DNA from: Elusimicrobiota bacterium
Lineage (GTDB): Bacteria; Elusimicrobiota; Elusimicrobia; UBA1565; UBA9628
Assembly (NCBI GenBank): GCA_027319565.1
Contig: DAHVNA010000006.1
Location: 1-57,378, forward strand
Reading direction: 5' to 3'
DNA: 57,378 bases
A program made the translations under genes and the position numbers. The notes under the pieces are model-generated. The model saw nothing but the letters and a program-made list of their open reading frames with translations. It was not told where the DNA came from and did no database searches. Of this stretch, positions 29,948 through 38,883 are shown one piece after another (position 1 is the first letter of the stretch; every line of letters starts with the position of its first letter).

Positions 29948-30979
29948 ATGAAAAAGACTGCTTTTTTTGTATTGATTAGTTTGGTTGCTACAGGAGTTTT
30001 TGCGCAACCTGGGAGTTCCCGGATTTCTCAAGGGGCGTCCCAGGGTTCAGGCATTTACCCTCCCTATTTCCAAAATCTTCCCAGAACGAAAGCGGGGATT
30101 AAAAGGTTCCTCTTGTCTTATTGCCAAAACCACGTTTCTCTGGAACAAATTATGGCTTCGAGCCATGCTTCTGGACGCGCAAATCCTCATGGACGCTGTG
30201 CTGGTCGGAGAGGTTATCAGTTATGCTTGGCGTTAGCTACACAAAACCCAAACCGATGCGGAGAGTTGGCTAAGGGTTGCCAATCCAGTCTCATTGAAGA
30301 TTGCCACAGAGACTACAACGCTGCAGAATTCTTCGTTAAGATGGCTGGTTCCACTGAAGAATTTATGCCCTTCTGCGTTAAGGCCATGAAGCAAGATCAT
30401 ATGAGTATGCCTTCAGAGAATATGCCTAAGGCATGTTTAGTTCTTCGTCAAGCGGTCCTGAACCATTGGACACCGGAGAGGTTTTGTCATAACATGAAAC
30501 CGTTAGGTCTTCCACAATGCCAAAAAAATGCGGCATTTCTTCTTGGGCCGCAGGCTTGTTCGTCTGGTAATACAGATGGTATATGCGAAGCGGATACGGC
30601 AATTTTTAAAGTTCTTTCTTCAAGAAACAATGTGGAAGCGTGCGGCTCTTCTCCTATTTGTCGTGCGGCGTTTACTCATTCCTCAAAAATTTGCGAGGAA
30701 ATGAGTGGACAGTTTGCTTTGGAGTATTGTCAAGAAACAGCGGGGTCCCAATTTCGGAAGATGATGGCGGAGGAAAAACGTTTCCGCAAATACAATCGAT
30801 TGCCCCCTTACAAGAACGGAGATTTGCTTATAAATTACTTGCCCCCAGAGAAAAAAGAAAAATACTACAACAAATCTCTGATGAAGAAACACGATCAGGA
30901 GATGATGCAAAAATATTTAAAGCACGTTCCGCCGCCCAGTTCGCAGGGAGAGGGGAATGTTCAAGACTCTGGCGAGTAA
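29948..30979 (+). CDS. Secreted cysteine-rich protein (16 Cys), hypothetical
   Basis: From ATG 29948: signal peptide MKKTAFFVLISLVATGVFA-Q. The longer track ORF from 29744 only reads through the HGS repeat. Confidence 0.75.
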   Translation: MKKTAFFVLISLVATGVFAQPGSSRISQGASQGSGIYPPYFQNLPRTKAGIKRFLLSYCQNHVSLEQIMASSHASGRANPHGRCAGRRGYQLCLALATQNPNRCGELAKGCQSSLIEDCHRDYNAAEFFVKMAGSTEEFMPFCVKAMKQDHMSMPSENMPKACLVLRQAVLNHWTPERFCHNMKPLGLPQCQKNAAFLLGPQACSSGNTDGICEADTAIFKVLSSRNNVEACGSSPICRAAFTHSSKICEEMSGQFALEYCQETAGSQFRKMMAEEKRFRKYNRLPPYKNGDLLINYLPPEKKEKYYNKSLMKKHDQEMMQKYLKHVPPPSSQGEGNVQDSGE

Positions 30980-32438
30980 AAGTTCTCAGAAGAAGAAAAC
31001 CGTCTTGCCTTGGGCGGAGTTCCTAACCGCTTGTTGCCGCGATTGTTTTAATTTCATCAGAGATGAGCCGTTGTCCAATGTTCCCAGCTGTTTCAAAAGG
31101 GGAACTCTAAAAACAATTCAGAAAAAATGGAAAGAAGCTTTTTCTTTAATGGAGGCAGGGGCGGTCCCACCAGAAATGGGCCTTGAAATTGTTTGGCCAT
31201 CTTTCTCGGGTAGTAAAAACTCTAAGTGGAATTTTCAAAGTCCCGCTCTGGAACTTATACGGAGAGAGTTGGAGCAATTTTCGCAAATATTTGACGGTCT
31301 TTCCTTCTCTTCACTTTCTATTGGCGATGGAATTACAAGTGGCGGAGCGATATCCGATCTCGATCCGCTTCCCTTGCGTGAATTTATAACGTATCTTCGA
31401 ACAACTTTTAAATTCTCAGAAGGTGCGGCAATTTCTATTAAGGGATCCGTGGAAACCCTGACGCGTTCTAAGCTGGATGTTCTCGTTAGCGCTGGTGTTT
31501 CAAGAGTAGTTCTTGATGTTCAGAACCAATCTATAGTTCCGATGACTTTTTCCGAAAGAAAATCAGAAATATTAGCGGCGTTGTCTAATGCTCCAGATGT
31601 AACATTGGACATTGATATTGTGGTAGGGCGCGAGGGACAGACTTTAGAGTCTATTACCGAAGCTGTTGAGCGGGCATTGAGCTTTTCCCCCCATGCAATC
31701 TATCTTTATTTGGAGGGTGGTTCTTATTTGGGAACAGAAGGGAAGCGGCTAACTCCAGAATCAATGGCGCGAGAAAAAGGAAGAAAAATATTGGAATTCT
31801 TAGATCAATTTATCTGTCGTTTCGGGTATAAACACCAGGTCGATGATCAAGACTATTTATTCCTTCATCCATGGGAGAGAAATCAGATCCGCGCGAAGAA
31901 AAAGAGAAGAGCTTCGGTTTTGGGGGTAGGCAATGGTTCGCTATCTCACATATTCGGTTCCGCATGGTATTGCCGTCCGCCCATCCAGGTTGAAGATATC
32001 CAGGAATATGATATTTCGGAATATTTCTATTTGGACTCCACAATTATAGACGAAATGCGAGGATATATAATTGGAGCGCTGCTACAAACTTCAAAAATTT
32101 CAAGAAATTCATTTAAAGCGCTATTTGGAAAAGACGTGCTTGATGTCAAAGAATTGAAGGTGCCGTTGATGCGACTTTTTGACTTGGGATTAATCCGCAT
32201 GGATTCTCAACTCATACGTTGGAATGGGGAGGATACCATTGAGCGTGCGCTATGGCTTAAGCAGTTTCATAACCCTAATATAGTTCGCTCCATTCTGACG
32301 GAGAAAAAAGAATCACTGCTTGCATTTGTCAATCGTTTTGAACAAGATGAGGCTTTCTGGCGTGAGATGGCAACAGAAAGACATAGCGAACAGGATTCGA
32401 TTGCATACTGGAATCCAAAGGCCTTATGGAAACAATGA
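30957..32438 (+). CDS. Degenerate HemN-like radical-SAM-fold protein lacking CxxxCxxC
   Basis: Colinear with the 32426 and 38870 paralogues (PWAEF, SVLGVG.G.LSH.FGSAWY, EMRGY), but reads EIVWPSFSGSKNSKW where they read HWPFCPSQCTFC. Confidence 0.8.
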   Translation: MFKTLASKSSQKKKTVLPWAEFLTACCRDCFNFIRDEPLSNVPSCFKRGTLKTIQKKWKEAFSLMEAGAVPPEMGLEIVWPSFSGSKNSKWNFQSPALELIRRELEQFSQIFDGLSFSSLSIGDGITSGGAISDLDPLPLREFITYLRTTFKFSEGAAISIKGSVETLTRSKLDVLVSAGVSRVVLDVQNQSIVPMTFSERKSEILAALSNAPDVTLDIDIVVGREGQTLESITEAVERALSFSPHAIYLYLEGGSYLGTEGKRLTPESMAREKGRKILEFLDQFICRFGYKHQVDDQDYLFLHPWERNQIRAKKKRRASVLGVGNGSLSHIFGSAWYCRPPIQVEDIQEYDISEYFYLDSTIIDEMRGYIIGALLQTSKISRNSFKALFGKDVLDVKELKVPLMRLFDLGLIRMDSQLIRWNGEDTIERALWLKQFHNPNIVRSILTEKKESLLAFVNRFEQDEAFWREMATERHSEQDSIAYWNPKALWKQ

Positions 32439-33952
32439 AATTTACTCGTGTTCCTTGGCCGGAATTTATATCTACTCAAGTCTGGGAACATCGATACTTC
32501 CCAATGGATGGCCCATCTCGTTATAGTCCCACGTATTTTTCCAGTATCCCTTTCTCCCGTGTTCGTGGAATGTGGGAAAAAACAGTATCCATGATTAAGG
32601 CCGGGAAAGCCCCCCCGCAGGTTGGTCTTTTTATTCATTGGCCCTTTTGCCCCAGTCAGTGCACATTTTGTTTCTGCAGTATGGCGGTTCCAAAAAATCA
32701 AGACGCAATGGCCATGATGCTTCAATCTATAATGAGCGAAATAGATGCGTTGGCCGATATTTTTGAGGATATTCCTCTTTCGAGTTTGTGGATGGCTGGA
32801 GGCACTCCAACATTCATGACGGATGGGATGTTGGACACACTTCTAAAACATATTTATCATCGTTTCCGCTTTGTTAATGGAGCGCAGATTTATTCAGAAA
32901 GTTCCCCTGCAACTCTCACATCTTCAAAATTAAAAATTCTGCTTCGACACGGGCTTAATAGGATTACCGTTGGGATCCAGACTATGGATTCTGGCCTAAT
33001 TCAGGTCCTTGATCGCCGCGGCCAAACAAAAGAAAAAATTAGGGAAGTCTTCGAAATGCTGAAGGCTTTAAAAGGTGTCATTAAAGACGTTGACGTGATG
33101 GTAGGATTGGAAAATCAAACCGCTCAAATTGTTGCCGATGATATGCGTGAAATTTTAATGTTTCGCCCCGACAATATCCATTTGTTTACTTTTGCCCTTA
33201 GTCCCCAGGTCCTTTTTGTGCAGCGTGGAGGAACGATGGATGAAAGGCAACGCCATCAACAAAAACTCCTTTTTGAATTTGCCAGCCGTATTTTAGAGCG
33301 TTCCGGATATCGGGAAAGTCATTATAATGAGAACTCTCTTCAGCCTTTCCCTTGGGATGAGAAACAAGACGGGGCTTTGCGGTTGGCTAGAGCTTCTGTG
33401 ATCGGGGTCGGACCGGGAGCCTATTCTCATGCTTTTGGATCGGCATGGTATTTCCACCCCCCATTCTCTGAAATGGGCTCTTCTTCTGGAATCCCTGAGG
33501 TTCGGGCCATGGAATCAGGAATTGAAGAAGAGATGCGAGGGTTTCTTATAAAACGCTTGATGCAAGATTCATATGTTTCGCTCAAAACTTTTAAATCTCT
33601 GTTTGGCATCGATCTCTCAAGTGTGAGCAATATCTCTCGGATTTTAGATGAATTAAAAAATGAGGGGCTAATTAAGATCGAGAATGAAAAAATATCGTGG
33701 ACGATTCTTAATTCTATTGATCGAATGATTCAAGTAAAGCGCCTCTATAGCCCGCAGATTGTCTCCGCGATATTGAAGGGGAAGGAAGAATTATTCCGTC
33801 GGTTTGTGTCTGCTTGGGCTGCGGGAGATGTTCGCTGGCGAGAAGCAATTAGATCAGAGGATAATCGAGAGCCTTGCCGTGTGTATTATGATACACGCAT
33901 CTGGGGTAAAGGAGCCTTTGCACATTCAAGGGGAGCGCTTTTTAGGAAATAA
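32426..33952 (+). CDS. HemN-like (class C-type) radical SAM protein
   Basis: LFIHWPFCPSQCTFC, GGTPT, ESSP and NRITVGIQT motifs. Confidence 0.88.
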   Translation: METMKFTRVPWPEFISTQVWEHRYFPMDGPSRYSPTYFSSIPFSRVRGMWEKTVSMIKAGKAPPQVGLFIHWPFCPSQCTFCFCSMAVPKNQDAMAMMLQSIMSEIDALADIFEDIPLSSLWMAGGTPTFMTDGMLDTLLKHIYHRFRFVNGAQIYSESSPATLTSSKLKILLRHGLNRITVGIQTMDSGLIQVLDRRGQTKEKIREVFEMLKALKGVIKDVDVMVGLENQTAQIVADDMREILMFRPDNIHLFTFALSPQVLFVQRGGTMDERQRHQQKLLFEFASRILERSGYRESHYNENSLQPFPWDEKQDGALRLARASVIGVGPGAYSHAFGSAWYFHPPFSEMGSSSGIPEVRAMESGIEEEMRGFLIKRLMQDSYVSLKTFKSLFGIDLSSVSNISRILDELKNEGLIKIENEKISWTILNSIDRMIQVKRLYSPQIVSAILKGKEELFRRFVSAWAAGDVRWREAIRSEDNREPCRVYYDTRIWGKGAFAHSRGALFRK

Positions 33953-33953
33953 T

Positions 33954-34904
33954 ATGCCGCTTCTAGGGCGCAATCCGGACAATCACCAAGAAACTCGGTG
34001 TCTAGAGATCACGCTTTCTTATACTTGTGATGTTGATTGTGTCTTTTGTAGTCATGCCCAAATAATGAGGGCATTTTCCGCGTGGCCGCTCAAATTGCGA
34101 GAAATGCAGGCTGTGCTTTTCCGAAAAAAGCAAGAGGGGTTTAGTCATGTAACATTTACTGGCGGGGAGCCGACCCTTTATCCACGTTTTAATATTATTT
34201 TGGCTATTGCGAAGAGACTGGGTTATCAAACGCGCGTGATCAGTAATGGAGCAGGTTTTTTTCAATACTCCCAGATGGCATCGATAAGCCCGTTTATAGA
34301 TGAGTTATGCTTTTCTTTTCATGGAGGAACTGCCGAAATTCACGACAAAGTCACCCGCTCGCCCGGAAGTTTTGAAAGAATAATAAAGGCGTTACACATG
34401 ATAGAAGATAATAAACGGATTAAGGTTTCGGTCAATATGGTCGCGACGACCTTAAACCTTGATTCTTTGGTTACTGCCGCAGGGTTAGTGCGCGGACATA
34501 AGAGAATTCATGAAATTTGGTTATCGAACCTTGTTCCCATTGGACAGGGATTGCTTAAATACGATGAATTATCCGTTAAAAGTGCGGTGATTATGGAACG
34601 GGTCCCCTCTATTGTGGGCGCGGCCGTGCCTGTTCCAATGCGTTTTTATGGGTTCCCGCTTTGTATTTTGGGCAAATTACGAAGTTCTGCTGTTATTCGT
34701 CAGCATCCTGCTGTAAGCGTGTTTCGTGTGCGTGGGAAAGATGGGAAACCTTCCATAAGAAGTCAAGATAGCCATTTTTCCGATCCACCAAGGATTTTGA
34801 CCCAAAAGTGCGAAGGATGTTTAGACCAAACAGTTTGTGGAGGGCCTTGGGAGCGATACGTGAAGAAATATGGAGATGGAGAGTTGATTCCACGACTACA
34901 ATGA
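33954..34904 (+). CDS. HxsC-like radical SAM protein
   Basis: CDVDCVFC, TGGEPT, GFPLC and C-terminal CEGC.....CGG. ATG 33954 follows AGGA. Confidence 0.85.
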   Translation: MPLLGRNPDNHQETRCLEITLSYTCDVDCVFCSHAQIMRAFSAWPLKLREMQAVLFRKKQEGFSHVTFTGGEPTLYPRFNIILAIAKRLGYQTRVISNGAGFFQYSQMASISPFIDELCFSFHGGTAEIHDKVTRSPGSFERIIKALHMIEDNKRIKVSVNMVATTLNLDSLVTAAGLVRGHKRIHEIWLSNLVPIGQGLLKYDELSVKSAVIMERVPSIVGAAVPVPMRFYGFPLCILGKLRSSAVIRQHPAVSVFRVRGKDGKPSIRSQDSHFSDPPRILTQKCEGCLDQTVCGGPWERYVKKYGDGELIPRLQ

Positions 34905-35917
34905 GTCAAGATATTTTCGTTTCACCTCAATGGACCCGCAATGCCGTTGTCGAATCTGGATCTCGTCTAGAGTTTCACATCATTTACCGCTGTGTAGATC
35001 AATGTATTTTTTGCAGTGAAGAAACTAGTATGAAGCGGCTCAAAGGAATTATCGTTCCTAGAGAAGATGTTCTATCGATGCTTGAGAAGAAAAGGAAAGA
35101 AGGGTTTGAGCATGTAACCCTTACTGGCGGTGAACCAACGTTTTATCCCAAGTTTTGGGAAATTGCAGCCTTCGCGAAAAATCTGGGGTATAGAGTTTTT
35201 GTGATATCAAATGGTTGGGGGTTGTCTCAACCGGAGTTCGCTGCAAAACTCTTACCCTATATTGATGAACTTTGCCTTTCAATCCATGGCCCCAACAAGG
35301 AAGTTCACGATAAATTAACGCGCACGGAGGGGAGTTTTGAAAAGCTTATGGGGGCGTTTAAGAATGTTGAAGCGCATCCTGCCCGCCATTGGGTCCAGGT
35401 CAATCATGTTGTCACACAACATAATGTAAAGTATCTTCCTCGAACTCTGGAGCTATTTAGTCGTAATAAAAAGTTGTGCCAGTTCCTGGTGTCAAACGTG
35501 ACACCGCATGGAGGCGCAAAGCCCAATTATAGAGATCTTGCCGTGCCACACAAGGCGATTACCTCCCAGATTCCGACCTTGGCCAAAATAGCTCGTATCA
35601 GGCGTGTTTCTCTTAGGTTCTATGGAATTCCGGTATGTCTGCTCGGTCCCTATTGGCGCTATTCCAATGACCTCTTTTTTAGCCCGCGTACGACCATCGC
35701 CAAGACTACCCAAGATAATGGATCGGTTGATTGGCTGTTTGAGCGCGCTCCTTATTCCTATCGGGAAAAATTTTTTCCAAAAGTTTGCGATTCTTGCGTA
35801 TTGAAAGGGCGCTGTGGTGGTATTTATTTCCCCTACACGAAAATTTTTGGCAATGAAAACCTTAAGCCATTTACGGTCAAATCATTGCGTGAGCTGTCGG
35901 ATATGTCCAATTCATGA
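34901..35917 (+). CDS. HxsC-like radical SAM protein
   Basis: CVDQCIFCSE, TGGEPT, GIPVC and CDSC.....CGG; ATGA overlap at 34901. Confidence 0.85.
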   Translation: MSQDIFVSPQWTRNAVVESGSRLEFHIIYRCVDQCIFCSEETSMKRLKGIIVPREDVLSMLEKKRKEGFEHVTLTGGEPTFYPKFWEIAAFAKNLGYRVFVISNGWGLSQPEFAAKLLPYIDELCLSIHGPNKEVHDKLTRTEGSFEKLMGAFKNVEAHPARHWVQVNHVVTQHNVKYLPRTLELFSRNKKLCQFLVSNVTPHGGAKPNYRDLAVPHKAITSQIPTLAKIARIRRVSLRFYGIPVCLLGPYWRYSNDLFFSPRTTIAKTTQDNGSVDWLFERAPYSYREKFFPKVCDSCVLKGRCGGIYFPYTKIFGNENLKPFTVKSLRELSDMSNS

Positions 35918-35928
35918 ATTAATATTCA

Positions 35929-36918
35929 ATGGTTGATTCTGTGGTTACGAGAGAAGAACGTCTGAAAAACGTCGAAATTAATCCCGGCCGCTTGTGCAAT
36001 AATAAATGTATTTTTTGCATGAGTGGAGAGGAGCGCGACGAGCACAATCCGTGGGCTTCTTTAGGTCGCGTAAAAAACGAACTAGAATATCATTACCAGC
36101 AGGGCGCGCGTTCTGTGGGATTCTTGGGGGGAGAACCTACCGCCTATCCGCATATTATTGAAAGCATTTCTTATGCAAGAGAGATCGGATATCAGCGAAT
36201 TGCGTTATGTACGAACGCAATGAGACTCAGCCAAGATGACTTTCTTGATGAAGTCTTGACTGCGGGGTTAACCAGGGTCACGGTGTCAGTGCATAGCCAT
36301 ATCGCAGAAATTGAAGAAAAGCTGGTAGGGATTCCTCAAGTTTTGGCGATGAAACTTCAAGCAATCGATAACCTGATTGCAGCAAAAAAATCGGGACGAT
36401 TTGCTGACAATATCTCTCTAAACCCTGTCCTAAACCGTCTTAATGCTTTTCAAATGGAAAATTTTATTCAATTCTTCATTGAACGTGGCATTGATGATGT
36501 TCGTTTTAATTTTATTTGGCCGCAATCGCGCGTCCTTAAAGACACATCTGTCGTCCCTCGGTTTCGGGACGTGATGCCTTATATTTTGAATACAATTCTT
36601 ATTAATGAACGCAACTGGAAAATTAATATTAGTTTTGGAGCTGTTCCTTTTTGCGTAGTGCCTGGTTTTTTTCGCGATCACAAAGAGCTTCTTTTTAAAT
36701 ACTTTTCAGAAGAAGGAAACGATAACCCAACTGAAGTTGGGTTTATTAACCCCGATTCCGAGGGGGATGTGCATCGTTTTGCGCTCAAGGCACGTACGAG
36801 ATACGATCATCGAATGAAGATTCCCGCCTGCCGCAGTTGCCGCTTCGATTCGCACTGCTTGGGGGTCTGGCGAAGCTATGTAGAATTATATGGGGCAGAG
36901 GAATTTTGGGCGGTTTAA
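35929..36918 (+). CDS. HxsC-like radical SAM protein
   Basis: CNNKCIFC, LGGEPT, VPFC and CRSC.....CLG motifs. Confidence 0.87.
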   Translation: MVDSVVTREERLKNVEINPGRLCNNKCIFCMSGEERDEHNPWASLGRVKNELEYHYQQGARSVGFLGGEPTAYPHIIESISYAREIGYQRIALCTNAMRLSQDDFLDEVLTAGLTRVTVSVHSHIAEIEEKLVGIPQVLAMKLQAIDNLIAAKKSGRFADNISLNPVLNRLNAFQMENFIQFFIERGIDDVRFNFIWPQSRVLKDTSVVPRFRDVMPYILNTILINERNWKINISFGAVPFCVVPGFFRDHKELLFKYFSEEGNDNPTEVGFINPDSEGDVHRFALKARTRYDHRMKIPACRSCRFDSHCLGVWRSYVELYGAEEFWAV

Positions 36919-36958
36919 TATAAGGGCACGGATGAAATAATATGGCTATTTCTATTGA

Positions 36959-37900
36959 ATGTCTTGTAGAGCCATGAATTTATACGACACGCGTCTTTGT
37001 TTGCTAGTTTCGCGACAATGCAATATTCGTTGCTCTTTTTGTCCGGTCGAGTTTACTGGCGGTAATATGTTGCTGGATGTCGCTCGTCGAGCTGTTGACC
37101 AATATATTGAACATCTTCCTTCTTCTACTTTCCCAAGAATTAAATTTTTCGGAGGAGAGCCATTGTTAAACTGGCCGGTCATATATGCCCTTGTTGAACA
37201 TTATCATCGCATCAATAAAAACATTTCATTTCAGATATCGACGAATGGAATGTTTCTTGATAGCGAAAAGATTACCTACTTGAAAAGGCGTCCTGAGGTG
37301 GAAGTGACTTTAAGTTTCCGTTCTAAAAACGGAGCAGAACTGCCAAACTCGTGGTTTACAATGGTGTTAACACAGAATCAATCAGCTGAAGAGGTTATTT
37401 CCCGGATGAGGATTCTTTTAAGAGATGGTTATCGCCAATTTAATTTCTTGCCAGCTTATTTTTCCTTATGGACAAGCGAGGAACTTAAAGGATTAGAACG
37501 CGTACTACACTCTCTTCGGAAACTTTTTTTTGGACTCTGGGACCAAGGGGTTCCATGTCGAATCAGGAATTCAGAAATTTTGAGCCCGATTCCACTTTAT
37601 AATGCGGCTCTGACTGTAGATACAGATGGCAGCGTTTACTCCTCAAGTCTGATCGAAACGCAGGGGATTGAGCCGTATCGGAATTTTTTAAAAATTGGTT
37701 CAGTTGAATCCTGGCCATCATTGAGCGAACCGCGTCGTGACGGCAGAATTTTACGTGAGGTTCTAAGGCGTTGGGCGGGACCTAAACGCTGGGCTTCAAC
37801 TGAAGCCGTCGATGAGCTTTTAAATTATTTTGTACAAGACATTTTCCAATACAAACTATCCAATACGGTTGAATCAAGGGTGCGGGAATGCCTTTCTTAG
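36959..37900 (+). CDS. Radical SAM protein (anSME/SPASM-like core without intact SPASM Cys)
   Basis: CNIRCSFC, IKFFGGEPLL and STNG motifs; VDTDGSVYSS where SPASM proteins usually have DG.VYPC. Confidence 0.82.
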   Translation: MSCRAMNLYDTRLCLLVSRQCNIRCSFCPVEFTGGNMLLDVARRAVDQYIEHLPSSTFPRIKFFGGEPLLNWPVIYALVEHYHRINKNISFQISTNGMFLDSEKITYLKRRPEVEVTLSFRSKNGAELPNSWFTMVLTQNQSAEEVISRMRILLRDGYRQFNFLPAYFSLWTSEELKGLERVLHSLRKLFFGLWDQGVPCRIRNSEILSPIPLYNAALTVDTDGSVYSSSLIETQGIEPYRNFLKIGSVESWPSLSEPRRDGRILREVLRRWAGPKRWASTEAVDELLNYFVQDIFQYKLSNTVESRVRECLS

Positions 37901-38883
37901 AACACTCGTTCCCTGGAGGCAAGGGCCCTGGAACTCATGTTAAGCGATTAGAATTCCATATGTCCTATACCTGCAATCAAGATTGCATTTTTTGTTCCGA
38001 GAGCGTCCGCATGCGACAGTATCAAAATCATCCATTATCTTATAAAGAGATGGTTCAGACTATAACGCGAAAACGTCTGGAGGGTTGTGAGCATATAACG
38101 TTTGTGGGTGGCGAACCTACCATTCATCCGGATTTCTTAAAGCTTTTGTCGGCCGCTAAGCGCCTCGAATATAAAACACTTCTAATTACCAACGGCGTTC
38201 GGCTCTCTGAGTTTGATTTTTCCGCAAAAGCCTTGCCGCTTTTAGATGAGATCGTATTTTCAATCCACGGGCCCAACCCAAAAGTTCATGACGGCTTGGG
38301 AAAATCAAAAGGAAGTTTTAACAGGTTAATGACGGCTCTTGATCTTATTGAGCGCTCAAATTCCAAGCCATTTGTCTTAACCAATACCGTTGTAACCAAG
38401 GAAAACTTTGAATTCTTGGAAGAGACAATCGATCTCTTGTCATCCAGATCAGCCGTGAGGCATCTTCTGATCTCAAATCTTGCTCCCGATGGGAACGCTC
38501 TTACTTTTTATCTTGATCAGGTTGTTTCTATTAAAGAATTAAGCTCCTTGGCGCCGCGACTGGTTTCCATCGCAGAAAACCGGAAGAAAATTATTCGATT
38601 TTTTGGAATGCCCCTTTGCGCCTTGGGGGAGGTTTGGAAATCTTCAAATGATCTTTATTGGGACAGCCGGACCAATGTTGAGCGCACGACTTCTCATGGG
38701 AAGGTTGAGCTCGAGGATACTTGGAACTATACCCCTCAACGAATGCGGTTTTTCCCTGAGATTTGCGCTTCTTGTCCTGCGCGCGGGAAAGAGTGTTGGG
38801 GAATTTTTAGAGTCTATCATAAGCATTTTGGGGAAACGGAGCTAAGTCCTCTTAAAGCACCTTTGGAATATGCAGTTAAATAA
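37888..38883 (+). CDS. HxsC-like radical SAM protein
   Basis: CNQDCIFCSE, GGEPT, GMPLC and CASC......CWG; close paralogue of 34901 (RLEFH, SNDL). Confidence 0.87.
   Translation: MPFLEHSFPGGKGPGTHVKRLEFHMSYTCNQDCIFCSESVRMRQYQNHPLSYKEMVQTITRKRLEGCEHITFVGGEPTIHPDFLKLLSAAKRLEYKTLLITNGVRLSEFDFSAKALPLLDEIVFSIHGPNPKVHDGLGKSKGSFNRLMTALDLIERSNSKPFVLTNTVVTKENFEFLEETIDLLSSRSAVRHLLISNLAPDGNALTFYLDQVVSIKELSSLAPRLVSIAENRKKIIRFFGMPLCALGEVWKSSNDLYWDSRTNVERTTSHGKVELEDTWNYTPQRMRFFPEICASCPARGKECWGIFRVYHKHFGETELSPLKAPLEYAVK

Noticed and set aside
29717..30031. Minus-strand ORF with RATRET repeats, and the TGR/TGL-repeat extension of the 29744 ORF
   Set aside because: Both are alternative-frame shadows of the HGS repeat; variation is synonymous only in the HGS frame.
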